The position numbers and the translations under genes are program-made. This document shows positions 39,191 to 49,554 of a DNA stretch of 64,000 nucleotides, piece by piece. Location of the stretch: the NCBI GenBank assembly GCA_951812805.1, contig CATOSZ010000001.1, positions 1,600,017-1,664,016 of the forward strand. Reading direction: 5' to 3'. Source of the stretch: an uncultured Alphaproteobacteria bacterium (GTDB taxonomy: Bacteria > Pseudomonadota > Alphaproteobacteria > GCA-2731375). The notes beneath the pieces were generated by a model. It saw only the letters and a list, made by a program, of their open reading frames with translations, was not told the DNA's origin and searched no databases. Every line of letters starts with the position of its first letter. Positions within the stretch are counted from its first letter, which is position 1.

Positions 39191-40921
39191 TCATGCCGGC
39201 AGTCCGAGGCGACCCAGGACGTCGTCGACATGGGCCAGCAGCCCGGGGTCGTCATGCATGAAGAACTGCGGCAGATGACTTCGTCGGAACATCGGGGCGA
39301 AGCGCTGGAGTTCGGTCATAGCGGCCCGCGCCTCGTCGTGCCGGCCCAGGCATTCGAGGGCGTGGGCCCGGTAGATCCAGGTCATCTGAAAGCCGAGCCC
39401 GTGTTTCAGCAACCGCTCCGTGGCGGCGAGGCATTCGACGTGGCGCTCGAGGCACAGCAAGACGCGTGCATGGCCGTAGTGATACCAGCTCGGCGTCAAC
39501 GGATTGAGGTCGATCGCCGCCTCGAAGTGCTGGACCGCCTCGTCGTAGCGCCCGGCGTGCATCAGCGTGAAGCCGTAGATGGCGCGCGTGTCGGCGTTGC
39601 CGGGATGCAGGGTAAGGCCCCGCCGGGCGATCTCGACGCCGTCCGCATGGCGGTTCAACGCCGCCGCGAGCATGGCGTTCAGGCTGATCGCCGCCGGCTC
39701 GCTCTCGTTGAGGACAAGCGCCTTGCGGGCGTAGGTGTCGGCCTCCTCGAAGTGGGCCATCGCCTCCGGTCCCAGCGACAATCGACCTTCGTACATGACC
39801 GTCCAGCCGACCAGCGCCCAGGCGGTCGCATAGTCCGGGTCGATATCGATGGCACGCCGGGCCAGTTCCCGCGCCTTCGAGGCGGCGGCGGCGTCGAACT
39901 TCAGCCACAGGTCCCAGGCGGTGACGCAGTTTCGCCAGGCCTCGACATTGTTGGTGCCGCGGGACAACATCAGGGCCCGTTCGCCGTCGGTCAGGCGAAG
40001 GCGCAGGTTGGTGACGATTTCCTTGACGATCTCGTCCTGGATCTCGAAGACGTCGTCCATTCGCCGGTCGTAGCGTTCGGCCCAGAGATGGGTGCCGTCG
40101 GCGGCGTCGATCAGCTGTGCCGTCACCCGGATACGGCTGCCGCCGCTCCGCACGCTGCCCTCCAGCACATAGCGCACGCCGAGTTCCGTCGCGACCCGGC
40201 CAAGATCCGTCGCGTCGCCCTTGTAGGCGAAGCTCGAATTTCGGGCGATGACCTTGAGCCGGGAAACCATCGAAAGCGCGGTGATGACATCCTCGGCGAT
40301 GCCGTCGCAGAAGAATTCCTGTTCCGGGTCGCTCGACCTGTTGGCGAAGGGCAGCACGGCGATCGAGGGGATCTCGTCACGCGGCGCGACGGCCGGCATG
40401 GATCGCGCGGTTGTCTCCGGTGCCCAGCGCCAGACCCGGACGGGGCGCCGGATATTCTTCACCTCGTGCTCGCCATCGTCGCTGAAGACGGCATCGAGCT
40501 TGCCCCGGACCTGGTCGTGAACGGTGCCCGAGACGGCGATCCCGCCCGGTTCGGCCAATGCTTCCAGGCGGGCGGCGATGTTGACGCCCTCGCCCAGGAT
40601 ATCCTCGCCGTCGACGACGACGTCGCCGAGATTGATGCCGATACGGAACCGCATGCCGTCTGTCGTCGTCGCCATGGCCTTCTGGACCCCGAGCGCGCAG
40701 CCGACCGCGGCGACGGCGCTGGCGAACTCGAGCAGCATGCCGTCGCCCGTGGTCTTGACGATGCGCCCGCCGTTCGCGGCAATCGCCGGGTCGACATGGT
40801 CGCGCCGATGCGCCTTGAGGGTGCGGATCGTGCCCGCTTCGTCCGCCTCCATCAGCCCGGAATAGCCGACCACGTCCGCCATCATGATCGCCGCCAGACG
40901 GCGTTCCTCGCCGGCGCTCAC
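39191..40921 (-). CDS. Soluble class III cyclase + TolB-N-like + TPR protein (third tandem copy)
   Basis: ADVVGYSGL, VKTTGDG, GEGVNIAARLE, PSIAVLPF; GTG start overlaps the upstream stop. Confidence 0.85.
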   Translation of the reverse strand: MSAGEERRLAAIMMADVVGYSGLMEADEAGTIRTLKAHRRDHVDPAIAANGGRIVKTTGDGMLLEFASAVAAVGCALGVQKAMATTTDGMRFRIGINLGDVVVDGEDILGEGVNIAARLEALAEPGGIAVSGTVHDQVRGKLDAVFSDDGEHEVKNIRRPVRVWRWAPETTARSMPAVAPRDEIPSIAVLPFANRSSDPEQEFFCDGIAEDVITALSMVSRLKVIARNSSFAYKGDATDLGRVATELGVRYVLEGSVRSGGSRIRVTAQLIDAADGTHLWAERYDRRMDDVFEIQDEIVKEIVTNLRLRLTDGERALMLSRGTNNVEAWRNCVTAWDLWLKFDAAAASKARELARRAIDIDPDYATAWALVGWTVMYEGRLSLGPEAMAHFEEADTYARKALVLNESEPAAISLNAMLAAALNRHADGVEIARRGLTLHPGNADTRAIYGFTLMHAGRYDEAVQHFEAAIDLNPLTPSWYHYGHARVLLCLERHVECLAATERLLKHGLGFQMTWIYRAHALECLGRHDEARAAMTELQRFAPMFRRSHLPQFFMHDDPGLLAHVDDVLGRLGLPA

Positions 40922-42654
40922 ACCGCCATCCCCGCGTCGGTCAGGACCCCGGCCAGCCGTTCCAGCATCTCCGGGTCGTTCAGCAGGAAGAATTGCGGCA
41001 GGTGGCCGACCCGCAGCATCGGTGCCAGCTGCGACGCGCGGGTCATCGCCTCGCGCGCCTCGGCGTCGCGGCCCTGGCATTGATAGATATAGGCACGGTA
41101 GAGCCAAGCCTGATGATGGTCCGGCTGGGCTTCCAACAGGCCGTCGATCGCTTGAAGGGATTCGTCCAGCCGGCCGAGGCAGAGCAGCGCGCGGGCATGG
41201 CCGTTGCGATACCAGACCGGCGGCAGCGGATTGAGCGCGAAGGCGGATGCGAAGTGCACCAGCGCCGCCTCGTAGCGTCCGCCATGCAGCAGGGCGAAGG
41301 CGAGAAAGCCGCGGGCATCCGCATTGCTCGGCAGGTGCGAGAGCGCTTCTTCGGCGATGGCCACGGCCTCGACGAAATTACCGTCCGAAAGCGCTACCAT
41401 CGTGGCGATGCCGGCGGTGACGCTGTTGCGTGCGTCGAGCGCGATCGCCCGTTCGGCGCAGTCGCGCGCGGTCGCAAAACTTTCCCGCGACGTCTCCGCC
41501 ACGGTCATCCGGCCCTCGAACCAGTGGGCGAAGGCCAGCGTCCCCCAGGCCGCCGCATAGTCGGGGTCGAGCGCGATGGCCCGCTCCGCGTGCTCGCGCG
41601 CCCGCAGGTGGCCGGAAGCGTTGTGCTTGATGTATTCGTCCATGGCACGCTGGCAGTGTTGCCAGGCCTCGATATTGTCGGTGCCGCGGGAGAGCATCAG
41701 GGCCTGCTCGCCGTCGGTCAGGCGGAGACGCAGGTTGGTGACGATTTCCTTGACGATCTCGTCCTGGATCTCGAAGACGTCGTCGAGGCGGCGATCATAA
41801 TGCTCGGCCCAGAGGTGGCCGCCGTCGGTGGCGTCGATCAGCTGCGCGGTGACCCGGATGCGGCTCCCGCCGGTCCGCACACTGCCTTCCAGGACGTAGC
41901 GCACGCCCAATTCCTCGGCGACGCGGCGGATGTCGGGCGAGGTGCCCTTGTAGGCGAAGCTGGAATTGCGCGCGATGACCTTGAGGCGGGCGATCTTCGA
42001 CAGCGCGGTGATCACGTCCTCGGCGATGCCGTCGCAGAAGAATTCCTGTTCGGGATCGGCCGACATGTTGGCGAACGGCAGCACGGCGATCGAGGGATCG
42101 TCGCCCGTTGCGCGGGCGCTCGGCTCGGCCCCGGGCGCCGTCGGGGCCTCCGCACTCCAGCGCCAGACCTGGACGGGGCGCTGGATGTTCTTCACCTGTT
42201 GCGCGCCGTCGTCCGTGAAGACCGCGTCCAGTTTGCCCTGGACCTGGTCGTGAACGGTCCCCGAGACGGCGATCCCGCCCGGATCGGCCAATGCTTCCAG
42301 GCGGGCGGCGACATTGACGCCTTCGCCCAGGATATCCTCGCCGTCGATGACGATGTCGCCGAGATTGACGCCGATGCGGAAGCGCATGTCGCCCGCCCTA
42401 TCGGCCATCGCCCGCTGGATCCACAGCGCGCAGTCGACGGCGGCCACGGCGCTGGCGAATTCGACCAGCATGCCGTCGCCCGTGGTCTTGACGATGCGTC
42501 CGCCGTGCGCGTGGATCGCCGGGTCGACGATATCGCGCCGGATGGCCTTCAGGCGCCGGATCGTCCCCGCCTCGTCCACCTCCATCAGTCCGGAATAGCC
42601 GACGACGTCCACCGCCAGGATCGCCGCCAGCCGACGTTCCACACCCCCGCTCAT
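40918..42654 (-). CDS. Soluble class III cyclase + TolB-N-like + TPR protein (second tandem copy)
   Basis: Starts at MSGGVERRLAAI; VKTTGDG, GEGVNVAARLE; ATGA overlap. Confidence 0.85.
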   Translation of the reverse strand: MSGGVERRLAAILAVDVVGYSGLMEVDEAGTIRRLKAIRRDIVDPAIHAHGGRIVKTTGDGMLVEFASAVAAVDCALWIQRAMADRAGDMRFRIGVNLGDIVIDGEDILGEGVNVAARLEALADPGGIAVSGTVHDQVQGKLDAVFTDDGAQQVKNIQRPVQVWRWSAEAPTAPGAEPSARATGDDPSIAVLPFANMSADPEQEFFCDGIAEDVITALSKIARLKVIARNSSFAYKGTSPDIRRVAEELGVRYVLEGSVRTGGSRIRVTAQLIDATDGGHLWAEHYDRRLDDVFEIQDEIVKEIVTNLRLRLTDGEQALMLSRGTDNIEAWQHCQRAMDEYIKHNASGHLRAREHAERAIALDPDYAAAWGTLAFAHWFEGRMTVAETSRESFATARDCAERAIALDARNSVTAGIATMVALSDGNFVEAVAIAEEALSHLPSNADARGFLAFALLHGGRYEAALVHFASAFALNPLPPVWYRNGHARALLCLGRLDESLQAIDGLLEAQPDHHQAWLYRAYIYQCQGRDAEAREAMTRASQLAPMLRVGHLPQFFLLNDPEMLERLAGVLTDAGMAV

Positions 42655-44402
42655 GCCGGCAGCCCGGCCCGGCCCAGGGCGTCCGTGAAGTGGACCAGCA
42701 ATTCGGGGTCGTCGTGCAGGACGAGATTTGGCAAATGTCCCAGGCGGAATAGGGGGGCCAGGCGCACAACCTCCGCCACGCAGGCTCGCGCATCGTTCGA
42801 TCGGCCGAGGGATTCGAACGCGTAGGCGCGGTAGATCAACACCGTCTGATGACTGCCCTCGAGTTCCAGGGCCCGGTCGGTGGCGGCCAGCGCCGCCTCG
42901 TAGCGTTCGAGGCCGAGCAAGGCGCTCGCGTAGCCGCCGTGGTACCAGCTGGGCGTGATGGGGTTGAGGGAAATCGCCGCCTCGAAATGAAGCGCCGCGT
43001 CCTCGTAGCGCGCGGCCTGCGCCAGGGCCAAGGCGTAGTAGGCGCGCATATCGGCGTTGCCCGGATGATGGGCGAGGCCGCGCTCGGCAATGTCGACGCC
43101 GTCGCCATATCGCCCGAAAGCCACGGCCACCATGGCCTCGAGGCCGATGGCCATGGGCACCGTCGCATCCAGCGCAAGGGCCCGTTGCACATATCGGGCC
43201 GCCTGCTCGAACTTCTCCGTCGCCGCTGCGCCGAGCGATGTCCGTGCCTCGAACCAGAAGGACCATCCGGCCAGCGCATGGGCGACGGCATAGTCGGGAT
43301 CCAGCGCGATCGCTCCCTCGGCCAACGCCCGGGCACGGAGGTTTGTCGCAACCTCGAATTTCAGGAAAAGGTCCCAGGCCGTGGCGCAGTTCTGCCAAGC
43401 CTCGACGTTGCGGGTGCCACGGGCGATCAACAGCGCGCCGTCGCCATCCGAGAGGCGGACGCGCAGGTTGGCGACGATTTCCTTGACGATCTCGTCCTGG
43501 ATCGCGAAGACGTCGTCCATCCGCCGATCGTAGCGTTCGGCCCACAAGTGTGCGCCGTCCGTCGCGTCGATCAGCTGCGCCGTCACGCGGACACGACCGC
43601 CCCCGCTCCGCACGCTGCCCTCCAGCACGTGGCGCACGCCGAGGTCCTCGGCGACGCGGCGGATATCCGGCGATGTGCCCTTGTAGGCGAAGCTCGAATT
43701 GCGCGCGATGACCTTGAGGCGGGAGATCTTCGAGAGGGCGGTGATCACGTCCTCGGCGATGCCGTCGCAGAAGAACTCCTGTTCCGGATCGGCCGACATG
43801 TTGGCGAAGGGCAGCACGGCGATCGAGGGCGTCGCCGTTGTGGGCGCGTCCGCCACGGCGGGCTCCACCGCCAACATCTCCGGTTCCCAGCGCCAGATGT
43901 GGACCGGGCGGGCGATGTTCTTGACCTTGTGCATGCCACCGTCGGCCCAGGCGAGGTCGAGGCGGTCGCGGATCTGGCGGTGCGCGTCGTCCGAAATGGC
44001 GATGCCGCCGGGTGTGGCCAGGGCTTCGATACGGGCCGCGATGTTGACCCCATCGCCGAGCAGGTCCCCGCCCTCGGCGACGACGTCGCCGACATGAATG
44101 CCGACCCGGAACTCGATCCGCCGGTCCGCGTCGACGGCCCGGTTGCGTTCCGCCATGGCGTTCTGTGCGGCCGTGACGCACTTCACGGCGTCGACTGCGC
44201 TCGGGAATTCCAGCAGCAGGCTGTCGCCGGCGGTGTTGGCGATACGCCCGCCGTGGGTGTCGACGAGGCCGTCGATCAGCTCGCGCCGGTGCGCGCGCAA
44301 GGCGGCCAGCGTCGCCTCCTCGTCCGCGCCGACGAGACGCGAATAGCCGGCAACGTCCGCCGCCACGATCGCCGCAAGTCGTCTCACCGTGTTCTCCGCC
44401 AT
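42651..44402 (-). CDS. Soluble class III cyclase + TolB-N-like + TPR protein (first tandem copy)
   Basis: ADVAGYSRL, ANTAGDS, GDGVNIAARIE. Confidence 0.85.
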   Translation of the reverse strand: MAENTVRRLAAIVAADVAGYSRLVGADEEATLAALRAHRRELIDGLVDTHGGRIANTAGDSLLLEFPSAVDAVKCVTAAQNAMAERNRAVDADRRIEFRVGIHVGDVVAEGGDLLGDGVNIAARIEALATPGGIAISDDAHRQIRDRLDLAWADGGMHKVKNIARPVHIWRWEPEMLAVEPAVADAPTTATPSIAVLPFANMSADPEQEFFCDGIAEDVITALSKISRLKVIARNSSFAYKGTSPDIRRVAEDLGVRHVLEGSVRSGGGRVRVTAQLIDATDGAHLWAERYDRRMDDVFAIQDEIVKEIVANLRVRLSDGDGALLIARGTRNVEAWQNCATAWDLFLKFEVATNLRARALAEGAIALDPDYAVAHALAGWSFWFEARTSLGAAATEKFEQAARYVQRALALDATVPMAIGLEAMVAVAFGRYGDGVDIAERGLAHHPGNADMRAYYALALAQAARYEDAALHFEAAISLNPITPSWYHGGYASALLGLERYEAALAATDRALELEGSHQTVLIYRAYAFESLGRSNDARACVAEVVRLAPLFRLGHLPNLVLHDDPELLVHFTDALGRAGLPA

Positions 44403-44504
44403 GGCCCGACTTTAGCGAAAGCGATGCCAGACCGGAATAGCGTGCGATGTTTGCGGGCGTCGGCTAGGCTAACGGCCGGTTTCTGGCAAGCTAGGGAGGC
44501 AACG

Positions 44505-44951
44505 ATGGGGCTGCAGCGGGTAGGGCATGTGGTGTTGAAGATGCGGGACCTGGACAAGGCGAAGCACTTCTATCGCGATATCCTGGGCATGGAAATCACG
44601 GACGAGCGCGAGGGCTTCGGCGTCTTTTTCCGCTTCTCCGACTATCACCACGATCTCGCGGTCTTCAAGGTCTCGGACGGCGCGGCGGCACCGGAAGCCG
44701 ACCAGGTCGGCCTCAGCCATCTCGCCATCGTCGCCGACGGTTGGGACACGGTGCGCGCCTATCACGCCAAATTCGTCGAGAACGACATCGAGATCGTTCG
44801 CACGGTGGACCACGGCGTCACCCGCTCGGTCTATGCCAAGGATCCCGAAGGCAACGAGGTCGAGATCTATTGCGAGGTGCCCGAGGTCCGCTGGCAGGAC
44901 GTCGATACCATCATCGTCGCCGATCCGATCGACATGGAGGCCGCCGACTAG
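44505..44951 (+). CDS. VOC/glyoxalase family protein
   Basis: VGHVVLKMRDL, HHDLA, GLSHLA, DHGVTRSVYAKDPEGNEVE. Confidence 0.88.
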   Translation: MGLQRVGHVVLKMRDLDKAKHFYRDILGMEITDEREGFGVFFRFSDYHHDLAVFKVSDGAAAPEADQVGLSHLAIVADGWDTVRAYHAKFVENDIEIVRTVDHGVTRSVYAKDPEGNEVEIYCEVPEVRWQDVDTIIVADPIDMEAAD

Positions 44952-44963
44952 CCGGGACCGGCC

Positions 44964-45824
44964 TCAGGCGACCGCGCGCGTGGCATCGCGGACCTCGAAC
45001 GGTTCGAGATGCGCCTCGACCTCGGAGAAGCCGACCGCGCGTTCCGCGAAGGTGAAGCCGCCGTCCTCCCGCACCTCGGCGACGGCGCGCAGGAACTCGC
45101 CGAGCGCGGCGCGGAAGAAGGCGGATCCCAGGCTGATGCGAACGACGCCCGCCGCCGCCAGTTCGTCGACCCTGAGGGTCGCGCCCGGCATGCCCATGAC
45201 CACGTTCACCGGCTTGCCGACGGCCGAGGTGACGGCGCGGACGGTCTCGATGTCGTGCAGGCCCGGCGCATAGAGCACGTCGGCGCCCGCCGCCTCGAAA
45301 GCCTGGAGGCGGCGAATGGTATCGTGCAGGTCGTCGACGCCACAGACCAGGTTTTCCGCCCGCGCCGTCAGCACGAAGCCGTCGTCGCCGGCCCGCGCGG
45401 CTTCGACCGCGGCCTCGACCCGTTCGACGGCGAAGCCGAAGTCGTAGATCGGATCGTCCCGGTGGTTGGTGTAATCCTCGATCGAGCAGCCGGCGAGCCC
45501 GGCCTCGCGGGCGAGGCGCACCGTCTCCGCCACCCCTTCGGGGCTGTCGGCGAAGCCGTTCTCCAGGTCGGCCGAAACGGGCAGGTCCGTCGCTTGGACG
45601 ATCTGGCGGCAGTGCGCCAGGACCTGATCGCGGCTCGGGGAGCCGTCGCGCACGCCGAGGGAAAACGCCAGGCCGGCGCTGGTCGTCGCCAGGGCCTCGA
45701 AGCCGAGGGAGGCGAGCAGCCGGGCCGAGCCGACATCCCAGGGGTTGGGGATGACGAAACAGGCCTCGCGCGCATGCAGGGCACGGAACCGGGTCGTGGT
45801 GGAACGCGGATCGGGGGTGGTCAT
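44964..45824 (-). CDS. Isocitrate lyase/PEP mutase family protein
   Basis: PNPWDVGSAR, ATTSAG, VSADLENGF, SIED. Confidence 0.88.
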   Translation of the reverse strand: MTTPDPRSTTTRFRALHAREACFVIPNPWDVGSARLLASLGFEALATTSAGLAFSLGVRDGSPSRDQVLAHCRQIVQATDLPVSADLENGFADSPEGVAETVRLAREAGLAGCSIEDYTNHRDDPIYDFGFAVERVEAAVEAARAGDDGFVLTARAENLVCGVDDLHDTIRRLQAFEAAGADVLYAPGLHDIETVRAVTSAVGKPVNVVMGMPGATLRVDELAAAGVVRISLGSAFFRAALGEFLRAVAEVREDGGFTFAERAVGFSEVEAHLEPFEVRDATRAVA

Positions 45825-46459
45825 GGCGCATCTCCTCGTGTTGTGGTCCCGCGCGCGCCGCGCCGGACCTGGTAGTGGCGGGCGACCTTTTCGCGGTTGC
45901 CGCAGACCTTCATCGAACACCAGCGCCGCCGTCGGCCCTTTGAGCTGTCGCGGAACAGCCAGCCGCAGCGTGGACAGGCGTGCACGCGGCCCCGCGGCAG
46001 GCGAAAGACGCCGTCCAGCACCAGCAACGCCAGCGCGGCGATGAGGCCCGGCGTGTCGAGCCGGGCGGGCCGGACCCGCGCCGCCGTCTTGCCGTCGTCC
46101 GGCACCTGGGCGAGTTCCGCCGCGCCGTCACCGGCGAGGCCCAGGATTTGGGCGAGGGCGGTCGGTGGCGGTGGTTGGTCGGCGGCGGCGGCGTCGAACA
46201 CGTGCGCCGCGGCGGCCCGCAGCCGGGCGACGCCGGGGACCAGGCCGTCGGGGGCCAGCCCCGCCGCCTCCCCCGCCGTCAGCACGCCGACCTCGACCAT
46301 CCAGGTCGCGATCTTGCCGGGCGCGTTCATGCGATCGACGGCGAGCGTCGGGTCCAGCCGGTGCGAGATCGTGTTCACCAGATCCAGCGCCGGATGCCCG
46401 CCGACGAAATGCCGGGGGCGCCAGGGCGGGACGTCTTCGAATTGCGATTGACTGACCAT
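45821..46459 (-). CDS. CGNR zinc-finger / ABATE domain protein
   Basis: GGHPALDLVNT, CPRCGWLFRDSSK..RRWCSMKVCGNREK. Confidence 0.9.
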   Translation of the reverse strand: MVSQSQFEDVPPWRPRHFVGGHPALDLVNTISHRLDPTLAVDRMNAPGKIATWMVEVGVLTAGEAAGLAPDGLVPGVARLRAAAAHVFDAAAADQPPPPTALAQILGLAGDGAAELAQVPDDGKTAARVRPARLDTPGLIAALALLVLDGVFRLPRGRVHACPRCGWLFRDSSKGRRRRWCSMKVCGNREKVARHYQVRRGARGTTTRGDAP

Positions 46460-46482
46460 TAAAAAGGATTTATAGGGTTAGT

Positions 46483-46723
46483 ATGGAAACGTCAAGCCCC
46501 CCGATCCCCGACCTCGTCATCCGCCCGCTCACCCCCCGTCTGATGGACGCCATGGGCCAGGCCCTGAAGGGCAGCTGGGGGGCAACCTGTTGGTGCCTCT
46601 ATCCCCGGATGTCGGACCGGGAAATGCGGGAATTGCCGGGGGACGGGCCGCTCGGTCCGCGCCGGCGGGCGGTGATGACGCGCCTCGCCCGCAAGCGCCG
46701 CGCGCCCGGTTTGCTGGCCTTCG
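46483..46723 (+). pseudogene. GNAT-like acetyltransferase 5' fragment truncated by IS21
   Basis: IRPLTP..CWCLYPR..PGLLAF, after which the reading frame runs into the IS21 left end. Confidence 0.65.
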
Positions 46724-46895
46724 TGCGCGTTTCGGAAAGTCCCGGACACCGATTACGGAAAGTCCTGGCCAGAGATTTCAGTAAGTCGCGGCCAGTGATT
46801 CCGGAAAGTCCCGGACAGCATCACGGGGCGATCTGAGTTCAGCTTTCGGGTGCGCCGTCTCGGCGTCTACCTCTTGGCTTTTGCCGGGAGGGGAC

Positions 46896-48449
46896 ATGCC
46901 CAGACGGAAGCAGACGAGACGAACGACGGTGAGAGATGCACGAACGATCCTGCGGCTGACGCATGACCAAGGCCTCTCGGCGCGAGAGGTGGCGGAACGG
47001 CTGAAGGTCTCCAAGACGACAGTGTCGACCTATTTGCTGCGGGCCCGCGAGGTCGGCCTTACCGCCTGGCCGCTGCCGGCGGAATACGAGGACGACGCGG
47101 TCCTGCAAGAGACGCTGTTCCGCCGCATGGGCCGGCCCCCGCGCGACAGGTGCGAGCCGCACTGGCCGACGGTCGCGGCCGAGCTGAAGCGCAAGGGGGT
47201 GACGCTGACCCTGCTCTGGCAGGAATACCGCGCCTCACATCCCGATGGCTACGGCTACACCTGGTTCTGCGAAGCCTTCACGGCGTTCAAGCGGCGCACC
47301 GGCGCCACCTGGCGCAACCGCCACGAGGCCGGTGCGGTCATGCAGACCGATTATGCCGGCCAGACGGTGGACATCGTCGACCCCGAGACCGGCGAGGTGC
47401 ACGACGCGCAGATCTTCGTCGCCGTGCTGGGCGCTTCCTCGCTCACCTTCGCCACCGCCAGCCTGACCCAGCGCCTGCCCGACTGGGTCGCCGGACAATG
47501 CCGGGCGCTCGCCTACTTCGGCGGCGTGCCCAAGAGCATCGTCTGCGATAACCTCAAGGCCGGCGTCGCCAAGCCGCTCTGGTTCGAGCCGACCCTCAAC
47601 CCGACCTTCGCCGCGCTCGCCGAGCACTACGACACCACCGTCCTGCCGACCCGGGTCCGCAAGCCGCGCGACAAGGCCAAGGTCGAAGTCGCCGTCCAGG
47701 TCGTCGAGCGCTGGATCCTGGCAAGACTGCGCAATACGCGCTTCTTCTCCCTCGACCAGCTCAACCGGGCGATCCGCGACCTCCTCGAGGAGCTCAACGA
47801 GCGGCCCATGCGCAACCTTGGAAAGAGCCGGCGCCAGATGTTCGAGGCCATCGAGCGCGAGGCCCTGGCACCCCTGCCGACGACGCCCTTCGAATATGCC
47901 GAATGGAAGACCGCCAAGGTCCATTCCGACTATCACGTCGACGTCGAGCGCAGCTTCTACTCCGTGCCGCACGGCCTGATCGGCCGCAAGGTCCAAGTCC
48001 GGCTCACTCACCGCACGGTCGAGATCTTCCACAACCACAAGCGCGTCGCCAGCCATCTCCGCCGCTCACCGCATGGCGGCCATGCCACGATCCCGGCCCA
48101 CATGCCCAAGGCGCACCAGCGCTATGCCGAGCGAACGCCACAAAGCCTGATCGACCAGGCCAGCCGCATCGGCCCCAACGCCGCCCTCCTGGTCGAGCGG
48201 ATGATCCGCGATCGGCCCCATCCCGAGCAAGGCTATCGCAGCGCCATGGGCGTCTTGTCGCTCGCCCGCCGATACGAACCGGAACGCGTCGAGGCCGCCT
48301 GCGCACGCGCGCTCACCATCAACACGACCAGCTACTCATCGCTCGCCGCCATCCTCAAGTCCGGCCTCGATCGCACACGCCCCGAGCGCGAACCGCTTCT
48401 GCCGCTGCCGCCACACACCAACATCCGCGGCCCCGGCTACTACCGATAA
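46896..48449 (+). CDS. istA: IS21 transposase
   Basis: [27 protein letters not shown]. Confidence 0.93.
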   Translation: MPRRKQTRRTTVRDARTILRLTHDQGLSAREVAERLKVSKTTVSTYLLRAREVGLTAWPLPAEYEDDAVLQETLFRRMGRPPRDRCEPHWPTVAAELKRKGVTLTLLWQEYRASHPDGYGYTWFCEAFTAFKRRTGATWRNRHEAGAVMQTDYAGQTVDIVDPETGEVHDAQIFVAVLGASSLTFATASLTQRLPDWVAGQCRALAYFGGVPKSIVCDNLKAGVAKPLWFEPTLNPTFAALAEHYDTTVLPTRVRKPRDKAKVEVAVQVVERWILARLRNTRFFSLDQLNRAIRDLLEELNERPMRNLGKSRRQMFEAIEREALAPLPTTPFEYAEWKTAKVHSDYHVDVERSFYSVPHGLIGRKVQVRLTHRTVEIFHNHKRVASHLRRSPHGGHATIPAHMPKAHQRYAERTPQSLIDQASRIGPNAALLVERMIRDRPHPEQGYRSAMGVLSLARRYEPERVEAACARALTINTTSYSSLAAILKSGLDRTRPEREPLLPLPPHTNIRGPGYYR

Positions 48450-48466
48450 CCAGGAGAAGACACCTC

Positions 48467-49243
48467 ATGCTGACACACCCGACCCTCGACCAGATGCAGG
48501 CCCTCGGCTTCAAGGGCATGGCAGAGGCTTACCGCGACATGGCCGAGCGAGGCCAATCATCGGAATTGAACCGCGAGGACTGGCTCGCCCTCATGCTCGA
48601 CCGCGAGGCCGCCACCCGCGCCGACAAGCGCCTCGCCAACCGCCTCAGACAGGCCAGGCTACGCTTCCCCGAGGCCTGCATCGAGGACATCGACTTCGCC
48701 GCCGAACGAGGCCTCGACCGCCGCGCCGTCCTCTCTCTCGCCCAGGGCGTCTGGCTCAAGGCACACGAGAACCTCATCGTCACCGGCCAGACCGGAACCG
48801 GCAAGACATGGCTCGCCTGTGCCATCGCCCATCAGGCCGCCAGGCTCGATCATTCCGTCCTCTACGTCCGCATGCCCAGGCTCTTCGAGGACCTCGCCAT
48901 GGCCCGCCTCGACGGCCGGCTGCCCCGCCTGATCGACCGCCTCGCCCGGGTCCAGCTGCTCGTCCTCGACGACTGGGGAACCCATGGCCTGACCGACCGC
49001 CAGCGCCTCGATCTCCTGGAAATCTGCGAGGAACGATACCACCGACGCTCAACCCTCATCACCGCGCAGATCCCCGTGACCGCCTGGCACGACCTGATCG
49101 GCGAGGCCACCATCGCCGACGCCATCCTCGACCGCGTCATCCACAACGCCCACCGCATCGGCTTGAAAGGCGACAGCATGCGAAAGAAGAAATCGACGAC
49201 CGACTTGACCCAGCCAACCACAACGGAAAACAATCCCGACTGA
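48467..49243 (+). CDS. istB: IS21 helper AAA+ ATPase
   Basis: GQTGTGKT Walker A, LLVLDDWG Walker B, ADAILDRV. Confidence 0.93.
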   Translation: MLTHPTLDQMQALGFKGMAEAYRDMAERGQSSELNREDWLALMLDREAATRADKRLANRLRQARLRFPEACIEDIDFAAERGLDRRAVLSLAQGVWLKAHENLIVTGQTGTGKTWLACAIAHQAARLDHSVLYVRMPRLFEDLAMARLDGRLPRLIDRLARVQLLVLDDWGTHGLTDRQRLDLLEICEERYHRRSTLITAQIPVTAWHDLIGEATIADAILDRVIHNAHRIGLKGDSMRKKKSTTDLTQPTTTENNPD

Positions 49244-49348
49244 CGGCAACAAGGCACCCGAAGCCAAACTCCCGGAACCGGCCGGGACTTTATGAAATCG
49301 GTGGCCAGGACTTACTGAAACCGCCGTCCGGAACTACCGAAATCCGCA

Positions 49349-49509
49349 GCCCGCCACGGAGGAAGAACTTTTCCCGTTCCTTGAAGGTCCTGGTGTCCCC
49401 GAAGGGGAGCGGTGTCCTGGGCCCGCGCACGCATCGAATCCAGTGTCGCCGCCTCGACGATCGCAGCCAGACGTCCTGCATCCAGAGCGGCGTCGAAAAT
49501 CCCCGCCAA
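49349..49509 (-). pseudogene. Sulfotransferase C-terminal remnant (frameshifted)
   Basis: AAIVEAATLDSMRARA in one frame and KFFLRGG in another, resembling the Sulfotransfer_1 C-terminus. Confidence 0.5.
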
Positions 49510-49554
49510 AACTCTGGTGTCCCCAGATTTCAGACAGGATTATACCCGGGTATA

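Larger units (their letters stand above)
46724..49348 (+). mobile_element. IS21 family insertion sequence
   Basis: TG...CA termini (TGCGCGTTTCGG / CCGAAATCCGCA), multiple internal AAGTCCCGGAC-like repeats at both ends, istA-istB. Confidence 0.92.

Noticed and set aside
40918..44181. 1087-aa ORF as one fusion protein
   Set aside because: The N-terminal half is an off-frame shadow of the 42651-44402 gene; the real start is 42654
46724..46820. Spaced ~23-bp repeats as a mini-CRISPR or iterons
   Set aside because: Mirrored at the other IS end; these are the multiple terminal repeats typical of IS21
49390..49524. 11-bp direct repeat CTGGTGTCCCC (49390 and 49514) as an att core
   Set aside because: Short and only 124 bp apart, with no partner at a plausible far boundary in this window; may be chance
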